Shown piece after piece: positions 1-11,699 of a stretch of 64,000 nucleotides of DNA; within the stretch, counting starts at the first letter, position 1; each line of letters opens with the position of its first letter. Below the pieces are notes generated by a model that worked only from the letters and a program-made list of their open reading frames with translations, ran no database searches and was not told where the DNA came from. Source of the DNA: Hemiscyllium ocellatum. Lineage: Eukaryota. Where the stretch lies: NCBI RefSeq assembly GCF_020745735.1, contig NC_083421.1:10400248-10464247 (forward strand). The letters are read 5' to 3'. Made by a program: the position numbers and the translations under genes.

Positions 1-784
1 GGCAATACTCTGAATTATAGTCAACCAAATTTTTATAGTGACCCTACTTTCAAATCTATCCCTTTAGAGATAAAACTTTGTTTGCATTTTTGCATTTTTT
101 GTTTGCATTTTTATGGACTTTGGAACCTGTGGTGAAATTGTTAGTGACTGATGTAATTGTCTGAAATCCCTTTGTTTATCTCCCTCACTTAGACGTGCAT
201 CTATGAATAAGTGACCTGCACATTATTCCTACCAAGATGTAATACCTTCCGTTTATCTGTGTGGATCTTCATTTGCTAATTATTTGAACATACCGTAACT
301 TAATTAATGATCTCTTGCAACTTCTTGTAGTCCTCAGAATTGGCAACATTTCAACATTCCTTTCCAATTTGGTGTCATTGAATTGCTATTTTTTTGTCGT
401 AATTAGATGCAATATTTAATTTGCAGTTTTACTTCATTTTGTTTTGAATTTTTAGAGAGGTGCAGTAATCCACACGTTAAATATAACAACTAAATGTAGA
501 ATGACAGATAGACGAAAATTATTACAAACACAGGACTAATTAATAGACTCTATTAACTTCACGGTCAAAATAGGGAATTATTTTTTACACGAGTGGTATG
601 ATGAGATTATCCATAGTGCAATAACTTTTTGTCCATTTTTTGTTGCAGTTTATTTCCCCAGGTCTTTCTGTGCTACCGGTATGAAATTGAGAAGGCACCC
701 ATCCTCCATTTTAAACTAAATGATTATAAAAACAGCATTTATATAAAATGCAACATGATTTATGAAGCCAATCCTTTAGGCTTC

Positions 785-1250
785 TACATATCCCCAGCCA
801 TGTAGAGTTATATAGGGAGAGGCTGAATAGGCTGGGGTTGATTTCTCTGGAGCGTTGGAGGCTGAGCGGTGACTTTAAAAAGGTTTATAAAATCATCAGA
901 GGCATGGATACGGTGAATAGACAAGATCTTTTTCCTGAGGTGGGTGGAGTCTCATCTAAACCTATACTCGTGAGTATAGGCTGAGAGTAAGAGGGGAAAA
1001 AGTTGAAAGTACCTAAGGAGTAACTTTTTCATGCAAAGGATGGTGTGTATGGAATGAACTGCCAGAGGAAGCGGTGGAGGCTGGTGCAATTTCAACATTT
1101 AAAAGACATCTGAGTGTGTATAAGAATAGGAAGGTTTTAGAAGAGGAATATGGGCCAAGTACTGGCAAATGGGACTAGATTAGTTTAGGATAGCATGGGC
1201 AAGTGAGACTGAAAGATCTGTTTCCAAGTTGTACATCACTATGACTCTAT
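785..1250 (+). mobile_element. CR1 3' fragment
   Basis: TATAGGGAGAGGCTGAATAGGCTGGGG... RT C-terminus and tail ending CTATGACTCTAT, like the other CR1 tails in the window. Confidence 0.75.
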
Positions 1251-1254
1251 AATC

Positions 1255-1830
1255 TATCTCTTTGCTCTTAATGTACTAGTCGAATCTCTTTGGATTATCT
1301 TTAACATTATCTCCCAAGGCTATCTCATTCTCCTTTCTTGCCCTCCTCATTTCCCTCTTTAGAATGTCCCTGCCCCTCTTGTACTCTTCGAGATTCGCTT
1401 GATCTCATTTATCTATATCTGATATATGATTCATTCTTAATCTGAACCAGAGCCTCAATATCTTTATTCCTCCAGTGTTTCCTCTTCTTACCAGCCTTAT
1501 CTTCACACTAACAGGAACATCATACCTCCGAACTCTCGTTATCTCACTTCTGAAAGCTTCACTCTTGCCGGCCGGCCCTTGAGCTACAAACAGTCTACTC
1601 CAATCAACTCTTGAATGTTTTTGTCTCATACTATCAAAATTTGCCCTAGTCCAATTAAGAACTTTAATTTATATATAATGCCAATCCTTTCCATAGATAT
1701 TTTAAACTAATCGAATTATGACCCCGGCCCCGAAAAGCTCCCCTACTAACCATTCAGTCACTTGCCCTGCCTTATATCACAAGAATAGGTCAGGTTTGCT
1801 CCTTCTGTGACAGTTACATCTGTATATTAA
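1255..1830 (-). mobile_element. Degenerate CR1 ORF2 internal fragment
   Basis: ORF 1405-1629 (VDWSRLF...EAFRSEITRV...VPVSVK) resembles the post-endonuclease linker of CR1 ORF2. Confidence 0.6.
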
Positions 1831-2948
1831 TGAAGAAAATTGACTTTAGCACTCACCATCCAAGTTTAAGACCATGGCTGTCCCACTTTATGTTTGGAAG
1901 GTTAAAATTTGCGATTATTACAATCCTATTACTCTTATGTATAAATAAGATCTCTCCACATATTTGTTACTCAATTTCACTCTGACTGCTGGGGGGACTA
2001 TTACAATTGCATCAAAGTAATCATGCCCTTCTTATTTATGAGTTCCATCCACATAGCTTCACTGGACCATCCCTCAGAAATATCTTGTGTTAGAACAGCA
2101 GTAATGTTTCACCACAAGAAAAATTGACTCCAATCTCCTTCTAGCTCTTCCTACTTCCGCCGTACCTTTGATGGTGGGAGGGGCTTTGAACATAAATTAT
2201 TCAATTGACTGGTGATGGTTAGCAGCTGAAAGTAAAGATACTATGGGGGACTAGGGTGATGGGAAATAAAAGGTTATATTGTGTTGAAGGAAAATTCTGG
2301 ATATAAACAAGAATTTTAAAAAACGAACTCCACTCTGTCTGCCCAGGTCTTGCCTACACCGCTGTACCTCCAGAGTACTTTCCTTTTATTTTGATGAGTT
2401 CAAGTTAATCTCACCCGCTGTTTTGTACTTGCCAACCATTTGTTAACGGGTGTTTGCTGTTTCAGAATGTAGGTTGCCTTATTGTGTACGTTCTCAGAGT
2501 TCAGTGTTTAGAGTCCTTGTTGTTTCAATCTGTGCTTTGGTCTCTAATGCAAAATTACAGAAAAATATTAGTAGCAATTTAAGGTAAAATGTTAGGATAT
2601 TGGGAGAACAGCTAAGAGCATCAAGTTTGAGAGAGGGGTTGTGGGAAAGGACATGGAAAGCAGCAGGGTTTCCATAACTTCTAATCCCTGTCTTCTCTGA
2701 TCGAAATCAACCAGTGATTGATCATTTTTGCGAATTGTTATTCATTAATATCGGTGGTTCAGATATATCTCCGTCTCAGGGAGGTGTGACGTGCTTCTTT
2801 GCTTTGTGGTAAACTCAGGGGAACGTACAATAGTAAGGGGGTAAACCCAAAGGGGTGAAGGAGCAGAGGATCCTCCATGTGTATGTGCACAAATCAGGGA
2901 ATGGACCATGACACGTGGACAGAACAGCAAATAAACCCTACTTCATCA

Positions 2949-3747
2949 TCAGCATTGCGCAAAGACCACTCCCTTCGTGACTCCCTCGTCAGGTCCACAC
3001 ACCCCACCAACCCAACCTCCACTCATAGCACCTTCCCCTGCAACCGCAGGAAATGCAAAACTTGCGCCCACACCTCCTCCCTTACATCTCTCCAAGGCCC
3101 CAAGGGATCCTTCCATATCCGCCACAAATTCACCTGCACCTCCACACACATCATCTATTGCATCTGCTGGACCCGATGTGGCCTCCTCTATATTGGGGAG
3201 ACAGGCCGCCTACTTGCAGAACGCTTCAGGGAACACCTCTGGGACGCCCGGACCAACCAACCCAACCACCCAGTGGCTCAACAATTTAATTCTCCCTCCC
3301 ACTCCACCGAGGACATGCAGGTCCTTGGACTCCTCCATCGCCAGAACATAACAACACGACGGTTGGAGAAAGAGCGCCTCATCTTCTGCCTGGGAACCCT
3401 CCAACCACAAGGAATGAACTCAGATTTCTCCAGTGTCCTCATTTCCCCTCCCCCCCACCTTGTCTCAGTCGATTCCCTTGAACTCAGCACCGCTCTCCTA
3501 ACCTGCAATCCTCTTCCTGACCTCTCCGCCCCACCCCACTCCGGCCTATCACCCTCACCTTGACCTCCTTCCACCTATCACATCTCCATCGCCCCTCCCC
3601 CAAGTCCCTCCTCCCTACCTTTTATCTTAGCCTGCCTGGCACACTCTCCTCATTCCTGATGAAGGGCTCTGGCCCAAAACATCGAATTTCCTGTTCCTTG
3701 GATGCTGCCTAACCTTCTGTGCTTTAACCAGCAACACATTTTCAGCA
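2949..3747 (+). mobile_element. 5'-truncated Penelope-like element (GIY-YIG endonuclease plus terminal repeat)
   Basis: ORF 2877-3563 has CNRRKCKTC..., IIYCIC..CGLLYIGETGRLLAERFREH, typical of PLE GIY-YIG. 12-bp TSD CCTACTTCATCA at 2937-2948 and 3748-3759. Confidence 0.88.
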
Positions 3748-4754
3748 CCTACTTCATCAATAACGCTGTAGAGAACAAACACAGAGCAATTATGTTAAAC
3801 TGAAATCAAACAGTCTCTTGTCTCACCTGGAATGTTGCATCTAGATTCAGGAACCACATTTTTGAAAAAATGCGAAGTTATGAGATTGGGTGCGCGACTG
3901 ATTCACAACACTATTCCCGGGATGATATACCTCACCAACTCTGAGAAATTGAGAACGTTCTCCTCTGCTGATAGTTTCCAGACTCTGTGAACAGTTGCTG
4001 TGATTTGTTCTCAATTCCATCTTCTGTCATGTAGATCCCAATGGCTGAATATTTACTTATGAGCTCTGCCTTGCCTGATCAACATAGACCTCTGATTTAT
4101 TATTTTTGAGGGTTGCTGTTCAGTAATATCCCTGTATCAGATAGATCTTAGTCTCACTCCCTGGGATTTGACAGGTGTGGTGTGTCAAATAGATCCCAGG
4201 AATTGTGCTCCATGAGATTTATGTGTGAGAAAAACTCCAGTTCTGAGAATTCACCCTTGGATTGTGCACGTGTTGTGTCTGAATACCTGACTGAACGTTG
4301 ACATTTTTGGCTGATGAATGTTTCGTTGGGCGCTTAGGTGGCGATTTTTGCATTATTAACCCGGGCTGTCCAGACATTGGGAGTACATTTAGTTTAGACG
4401 GTGTAGGGTAAACTTTCAAACGCTGTTGCATGCCTTTTATAGGCTTCTGGTGGAGCCTATAAAATTATCATTACGTGACCCGAGGTCGTGACCCTTGGTG
4501 CATCAGAGGAAATGTTCTCTAATCATTCTGCCTCTGGACTGTTCCATCAGGCATATTGTGTGAAAGATGTATTTACATTAGTGGGCTGCATGGCAGCGCA
4601 GCATTAAACTAAATGACTGGATGAAACACAACCAAACAGAACAAGTGAAAGTATTTGGCTGGGAAAGGAGTAGGATGTGCGAAAATGTATTATTACTGAC
4701 TGGCCTTGAAGAAAGAATTAAGCAAACTCAAGGTTAGTGCATATTCATTCGAGA

Positions 4755-4760
4755 TTTATT
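4755..4760 (-). terminator. Candidate membrane-form poly(A) signal
   Basis: AATAAA about 430 nt after the TM2 stop; the nearest one I noticed. Confidence 0.5.
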
Positions 4761-5189
4761 AACCATTTCAGAAAGCATTTTTATCCAAAAAGTTGATGTA
4801 AAAGCTAACAGAAGTTAATATAATGGCTGGTTGCCACATTGAGACAAGAACGCATGCGCTGTGAGGTGGGAATTTTCTGTACATCAGTAACAGTCACAAG
4901 AAAGGGAATACAAAGGCTCATCAGAAGAGGTAGGCAACCATTCTGAGTAAGGAACAAATAAAAACAAGACAAATGGGCTTCAAACAACTAGGAAGCTACA
5001 AAATCTTCCAACCACAACCATCTCAAAGATATCAAAGTAAAAACGAAAATCCATCAATAATTGTCTCAGTCACACGCTGATAAACTGAAGTGATCTCACT
5101 GTTAGAGTCAGCAACAGGACAGATTGTAGATTGGGAATTCAGAGACCCTGATAAGCAGATCAGGAAAATCAAAGGGGTCCACAATTCAT

Positions 5190-5198
5190 TCACTTAAC
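5190..5198 (-). CDS. IGHM: IgM TM2 exon (VK-stop), giving cytoplasmic tail KVK
   Basis: Polypyrimidine tract CTCTCTTTTCCAG| followed by GTT AAG TGA, 139 nt after the TM1 donor. Confidence 0.9.
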   Translation of the reverse strand, partial: VK

Positions 5199-5337
5199 CT
5201 GGAAAAGAGAGATAAAGCAATGACGCAGATATTTATGATCAGGGACTTTCAGCTTTAATGTTTATTCAATTACACACTTAGAGATTTCACAAAACATATT
5301 GGGCTGCTTGGCGTGAGAAAGATGTGATTATTCTCAC

Positions 5338-5465
5338 CTTCACCAGAGTGACGGCAGCGCTATAGAAAATACTCAGGAAGAACAAGGTGATGAACGTGGA
5401 AGCAGTTGTCCAGATGTTGCTGTTACCATCCTCATAGTCTTCAATCCAAGTGCGATCTATTGAAT
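5338..5465 (-). CDS. IGHM: IgM TM1 exon ([43 protein letters not shown])
   Basis: 128 nt, CATAG| acceptor, AAG|GTGAG donor, conserved Ig transmembrane CART-like motif [13 protein letters not shown]. Confidence 0.95.
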
Positions 5466-5989
5466 CTATGAATATAAAGCCCGAGAGAATGCATTTAGAT
5501 TGTTTCTTGATCCAGATCAATCTATGTGCATCCAAGTCATGTAATTAGGACAATAACATCTTCATAAAGCAGTCAGGTATTTCTCAAGTGTGACTCTTAT
5601 CTGTATCCATCAGTGCATTATTGACTCTCAACAAGAAATTACAAATACTAACTGCACATGTTCTTTCTTCATTGTCCATGTCAGAACGTTTTATTTTTTT
5701 TTAATCTATTATTTAAGGATATTATTATTTGAGGAATGCTTATTACGAATGATCATTTTAATTATATCATTATATTTTAAATATAGGCTGTGACAGCACT
5801 TCAGTTGAAAATTGTGGCCATCACTGAATAAAAGTTCAAATGTGATTCTCACTTTTATGTATTGGTGACCAACTGTTTGGCAAATTGTGAATATAAGTGA
5901 CATCACAGTCAGGATATTGCTTCATATTTTTGTTTGTAGGATCTGTATATTTAGGAATAAGTTTTTGTACATGTATCCCTTAATTTATT

Positions 5990-7030
5990 TGACCTACTGC
6001 TTGGTGTGTTTGGTTTCCCTTTAATGTTTGTGTATGTGGTTATGAGAGTCTCTTACTTCACTCTTGCCCATGTTGGAGTCTGTGCATGAATAAACATATT
6101 CCTGTTCCTTTACTGCTGGTGTGCTCATGTGTTTGTGCACCTAAATTTTGGTCTTTTCACATTGTGTAAGCATCATCATGCTAATATGCTACTTCGTTGC
6201 TGCCTATGCTTAAGTTGTAATGTCTTTGTGAGTGTTCACTTTTCATTAGTGCTATCTAAAATGTGTGCTTATGTGTCTGTTTCAGGTCCTACCTAAACTA
6301 GGTTATTTTCATGTTTATGCTTAATAAATGTTAGCATGCAATGTTATGTTTTGATGGATGTTTATATTTATATGATGATGTCTGCTTGTGTGGCAATCTT
6401 TCCCAAACCATCTCCTGAGAAGCTTGTTTGTGTTATTGTTTGTGGATGCTTGGTGATGCTTGTGCCCATTATCCTTATTTAATAAACACCCCTCTATTTG
6501 TTGATCTATGCACTTGTGTGTCTGCATGTGAGACTCTGAATTTGTGTGACATTGTATACATGCTGATCAATGTGGTTTAAAAATAACTAATTAAGCTGCC
6601 TCTGTCATCGTATGATTGTGATGCTGAAAATGGGAAAATAATGATATTAATGTTTATCTCTGTGCACTTACGTGCCTGTATGAGTTGACATGTGGGAGGA
6701 CATTTTTCGGAATTTGTATCTGTGTGTTCATGCGTGTATGTGCTGTATGAATGTATATGTATTCATGCCCATTTGTGTGTTACCGTGTGTCTATATTTCT
6801 CATGGTTATTGTGAGTACTCCTGTTCATTTGTGCAAATAATTTTCTTTCGGTGAATGTGAGCTTTTGTATGAGCTTAGGTGAGTATTCAAGTACCACTTG
6901 CATGTGTGGTTCTGTGCAAGTATGCGTGTGTGACATCTTATCTATATGCCCATTTGAGTGTGCACATAAATATGTGAGAGCCCATATATGTGTCATTATG
7001 TGTGTATTTGTGATCATCTCTCTGTATCTG
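5990..7030. repeat. Degenerate TG-rich low-complexity tract in the Cmu4-TM1 intron
   Basis: Dense TGTG/TATG motifs on plus, so CA-rich on the IgM sense strand. Confidence 0.65.
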
Positions 7031-8153
7031 TTCTTATAGCAGACTGTAATTTTTATTATTCTAATTTATTGTTCGAATTTTAATGGATTGCCCATAATTA
7101 GATTTGACTTTGGTATTGTAGGAAACATTTCCCATCGTCGTGGAGAGATAAGTATTTTATGAGCAACTCTTCTGTTGCAGTGATAGAATTTCTGTCTCTG
7201 AGAGAAAAGGCGTGAGTTCAAATCCCCACTGCCCCAGAGATAACATTTCTGAATATGTTTATTAGGAAATGTCTACTTGTGTTCTGTATGTGAAACAAAA
7301 TGATATCAGGTATTCTAATACCAGAATTGATCTCATGTGCTCCAGAAAACTGAGAGAAAACTGGAATTCAAACCAGGACGATGCAAACACCAGTTTTGGA
7401 TCATGGGAATCAATGTTAATCATTTGTCAACAGAACCAAGCATGTCCAACATGCTTCAAAGGTATTATTTTGCATGGAAATGTTCAATCTTTGGACAGTA
7501 AGCAAGAAGCTGACTGTTCCTGTTAATAACTGGGTTACATTACAGAGGACATCTACCATGAAAACTCTGCACAGGGAGCAAGAGGACAGACCATTCATCG
7601 TTCCCCTCCCCTCTGCTCCACGACAACTTATCTGTCGATTCTCTTTGGTGCGAAAGTGAAGATACATTCTGTCAATTCATGCGCTGGCGCAAGACCCCTG
7701 GCAATTCCCCAGAAACAAAGGTTACATTCAAACTGTTCTACACTCTTTATGATTGGTATGTTCCAATCAAATTTACTTGTAAAGTGTCTTAAATTTACAT
7801 TTCCAATTGGTACAATGTGGCAGTTTAAAACTGACATGAATTTTGTAAGAATGTCCAATCAGGGGAATCAAGAACACCAAGTTCAAAACTCGTGCTCTAA
7901 CCTTGACATAAAATGGACATTGTCAGATTTTGTCACAGAGGGATTTAAGATGGATAAGGGACTTGGCGGAATCCTGCAATGAGTGAGCTTTACTCTGTCT
8001 CTGACCCAGGGTGTATCTGAGCAGAGAACATTAACTGCACAAGACACTCGTCTAGACCTGTTAATAACCCACTTTAACTACACAGATGCAATGTAAGTCA
8101 GAGTGAGAAACAATTAATTCAATATTTACCTCACAACTGGAGGGAAAAAAAGC

Positions 8154-8200
8154 TTTATTACTTCTGTTGAATTATTAAATGCAACTTTGAGATTTTTATT
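8154..8200 (-). terminator. Secretory-form poly(A) signals
   Basis: AATAAA at 8200-8195 (overlapping the stop codon) and a second at 8159-8154. Confidence 0.7.
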
Positions 8201-8585
8201 GACATGAATTAACAGTGTCCATCAGTGCAAGTGAAATGTTTACGAAACTCGGTTTACCGCTGGATTTATCGACTGTCTGTTGATGATCTTCAATGGAATC
8301 GCTTCATGTCCCACCACACAGGAGTAAGAAGCACCGCTGGCCCACTCCTCCGCTGTAATGGATAACAGGCGGTCCTGAAGAAGGAGGTGTTGTCACTCTC
8401 CGCCATCACTTCGGTGTTCTTGTAGTTACTGGGATTCACCTGCTTGTCATTGTTTGTCCACTTGACGAAGATCTCTCGGGGGGAGAAACCTCTCACTAAA
8501 CAGGTGAGGGAGAGAAACCTCTGAGCGGAGATTTCTTCTGTTGGTAGCAGGAGGACCGACACTGATGGCTCCAGCGGATTAATCA
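8196..8585 (-). pseudogene. IGHM: Cmu4 plus secretory tailpiece (…[25 protein letters not shown]), two 1-nt deletions
   Basis: CTGCAG| acceptor at 8586. Frame A reads VINPLEPSV...DNTSFF, frame [32 protein letters not shown], frame [30 protein letters not shown] (8198-8196). Frame shifts at about 8373 and 8276. Internal membrane donor AGC G|GTAAA at 8257. Confidence 0.92.
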
Positions 8586-9030
8586 CTGCAGAATATTTGA
8601 GACAAATATAAATCAACTAAAAACACCCTGAACCAATATCACAATTTCACTTAATATTAAAATACGCCATTTTTAATTTGGGATTTATTCACTTTCCTTT
8701 TCTAAAGGAGCAGTATGGTACACATTCTGTTCAGTAAAAAAAGTAAAGTTTAATGTGAAAGTTGCCTCCATGTTTCCAGCCCACAACAAGGGCATTCTGT
8801 CCAGTTGTCATTGCTGATGGTGACATCACAACCCAGGCTTCTTCCCACTTTATCTGACTTAATCAGAATACAATATACTTTGGTCAGTCTTCTTCTTAAT
8901 CAGCTACTTAGCTATCCTGCCTTCAGATGCATCATTAATGCTCCCAACGGCGTTTGTTCATTACCAATCAAAGCCTGCCATTGATGTAACTGGATCTGGA
9001 TTACACATGTGTTTTAATCTCACCGCTCAC

Positions 9031-9339
9031 CTTTCTCCTTGTGGATGGAGTCCCTCAGCGGAGTCGGTAGATTTTGATGGTTCACCACACATTCAAAGGT
9101 AACGCCACTCAGCCAGGCTTCAGTCGAAATGTCTAATTTGCTGATCACGCTGTCAGGATTCTGTCCGGGCTGGTCAGCAATCTCTGATTTCAGAGGCTTC
9201 TTTTCTTGTTTCCAGGTCACGTTGACTCCAGAAGGGAGATTGGACACAACGCAGGTTAACGTCACCGTTGCCTCCAGTAAGACTTGTTCTACTGGCGGTG
9301 GGAGGATTTTAACGGTGTTAGGGTGGCAGTCGGTATCTT
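9031..9339 (-). CDS. IGHM: Cmu3 exon ([36 protein letters not shown]...[22 protein letters not shown]), intact
   Basis: 309 nt, TTTCATAG| acceptor, |GTGAG donor, Ig C1-set motifs; lies within ORF 9020-9619. Confidence 0.93.
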
Positions 9340-10611
9340 CTATGAAACAAAAATCAAAGTCAATGAAAAATGTCCCTTTATGATACAAACACCCAATCTT
9401 CAGATGACGTCTTCCCAGAGTGAAGACACCACCTTCAAAATGGCAACTCCAACCATTGCTGAAACAATGCTTACTATTGTTGATGCATTTTGATTTGTGA
9501 AAGCATTTGTGATTACCTATGACATACCCTGTGTCATTATTCCTAAAGAACACTGGCTTTGTAACAAGTGACACCTGTGAAAAAAGTAAAATCATCGACG
9601 ATACCATTATGTAACCCATGGAATTACCTTTCTTTCAGAGTTTGTCTCTCACTTAAGACCATCTATTGATACTTGTGACAAGAGTAATCTAAATAGAATG
9701 AGTTCAATTTCATGTTCATAACCCTTAGGTGCAAGTGCTGCTGGTCACGCTGACTGCCAAATCACATCACAAATTTCAGACAAATCATAATAAATAATAA
9801 TTATTCTCTTTGCAGAGTTCTAAAGTGTAACAGGAGCGGTGAATATCCATGGAAATTCTGTTCATTATATTTAACGTGATCAAAAATACTTTGCGTTATT
9901 GGTGTGATGTCGTTCTCTAATTTATGTCATTGTTCCTCGTGGGCTGTGTTTGGAGTAGATCTGAAAACAAGACACTGAGTACAGCATTGGATATCGAGAA
10001 GGACACCCATCTGCTTAAGTCTTTCCCTCCATTCAGTTCGTTCATGACTGGTCTGTACTTTCACTTTATTTACCGAGCTGCAATTTTTCATTTCTTCATG
10101 GAGCAGGGGCGAAAAAAAACCAAACAAAAGCGTCTTAAATTAATCTACAAACGTGATGGAAATGTACACTAATTTTATAGACATCCACTACCCACTGTGT
10201 AAACATCGCCACCCCAAACCAAGCTAAATCAGCCTGTCTCGAGTTCCTCGTTCATTCATCCCTATTGTAGCATTCTTACCAGAATTTTTTCTTCTGCCTC
10301 ATCCACTAATTACAGAGAGCATCTTAGGAAGCTCAGTGAGATCACATTTATCCCAGTTCATCAAATGTGATACCCACTTGGTCTGCGGTCTGATCCCATA
10401 AATGAAGTTAAAGAGCTCAGTACCAGATAAAAATCGATGCCCCACAATGTCCAAGGCCGACAGGACATTCCTGATCAGGGAATGAAGCATTGAACGCATT
10501 TTGATTTATTTTCAAGTAAGGGTCACTGCATATTTTAACCACGTCATTTTGAGACCACAACATCATAAGATAGAGGATCAGAATAAGGCTGTTCGGCCAA
10601 TCCAGAGTTTA

Positions 10612-10692
10612 GATCAGAATGATGCTGGAAAAGCACAGCAGGTCAGGCAGCATCCGACGAGCAGGAAAATTGACGTTTCGGGCTAAAGCCAT
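10612..10692 (-). mobile_element. Solo Penelope terminal-repeat fragment inside a CR1 3' end (Cmu2-Cmu3 intron)
   Basis: GCTGGAAAAGCACAGCAGGTCAGGCAGCATCC...TTGACGTTTCGGGC interrupts CR1 tail sequence at about 10540-10990. Confidence 0.72.
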
Positions 10693-11308
10693 TCTACTGT
10701 TTTCTCCCCGTACTAAACAAGAGCCGAACTATCTCTGGCTTGAATATACACAATGGCCTGGTCTCCACAGCCCTCTGCAGCAACAAGTTCCACAGATTCA
10801 TCACCCTCTGGCTGAAGAAATTCCTCCCCATCTCATTTCTAAACGGTGCCCCTTTGACCCTGAGACTGTGCTCTTGGGTCCTAGTCTCGCCTACCAGTCA
10901 AAACATCTATTCCACGTTCACTCGACCTCAGTCTCTCAGTATTTTTTATGTTTCAATTAGATATGTCTCCAATATCCCCCCTCCACCCCCAAACTTATCC
11001 TTGAAGCAGCTACCAGGCAAGGATTCAGCACTCTGAATGCCTCTCCCAGCATGGTCAGGCAACAAACTATTTAACAAAGCTCACTGTCTATATGTCTACC
11101 TTCAACAGAGAGGAAACATGCTGTTCTGACTTGCCAAAATGTTGAATTATGAGCAATGCTAATGTAACACTCAAATTGAAATGAGATACGCGACATGTTG
11201 AGAAACGAGAAGCTGTACCTTGCTGTTTACTACGCCTGATAAATTAGTGTGTTTGATTCACTTCAGAGTTCAGAGTGATTTGTAGCTCTCTCAGTATGTG
11301 TCTCTTAC

Positions 11309-11620
11309 CCTGGAGTGCGGTGATGTTTTTACTTTGAACGTTCTCTTCATGAGTGACCTGGCAGGTATAGACTGCGTTGTTGTACCATTCACCATAAGGG
11401 ACCATCAGCCGACTCGTCACCGAGAAGTTCCCGTTCGCCTCACACACGGGAGACGTGAAGAAGCCAGAATCCAAGAGTTGGCCATTTTTCAACCAACTCA
11501 CGGAGATTGACTTCGGATGGAAATCGATGATTGAACAGACGACGGTTGCAAACTTGCTGCTTGCGATTTCTTCACTGGAGCTCACAGTTAGGAGAAGAGT
11601 TGGTGGGAGAGGACCTGTAC
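11309..11620 (-). CDS. IGHM: Cmu2 exon ([45 protein letters not shown]...[20 protein letters not shown]), intact
   Basis: 312 nt, CCTAAAG| acceptor, |GTAAG donor, Ig C1-set motifs; lies within ORF 11244-11633. Confidence 0.93.
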
Positions 11621-11699
11621 CTTTAGGAAACACATCGCATGAATTATCTGATGAATTTCATAACAAATACAATCAGTTGTCATATATCAAGGTTTCTTG

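Noticed and set aside
7200-7235. tRNA-like B-box segments (also about 54500-54560) as tRNA genes
   Set aside because: No cloverleaf can be folded; more likely eroded SINE heads.
7269-7982. Cluster of short ORFs in the Cmu4-TM1 intron as a hidden exon or nested gene
   Set aside because: No Ig fold or other recognisable motif and no convincing splice-site pair.
9020-9619. 199-aa ORF as a stand-alone gene
   Set aside because: Only 9339-9031 is the Cmu3 exon; the rest is intron read-through. The same applies to ORFs 11244-11633, 8290-8616 and 5287-5535.
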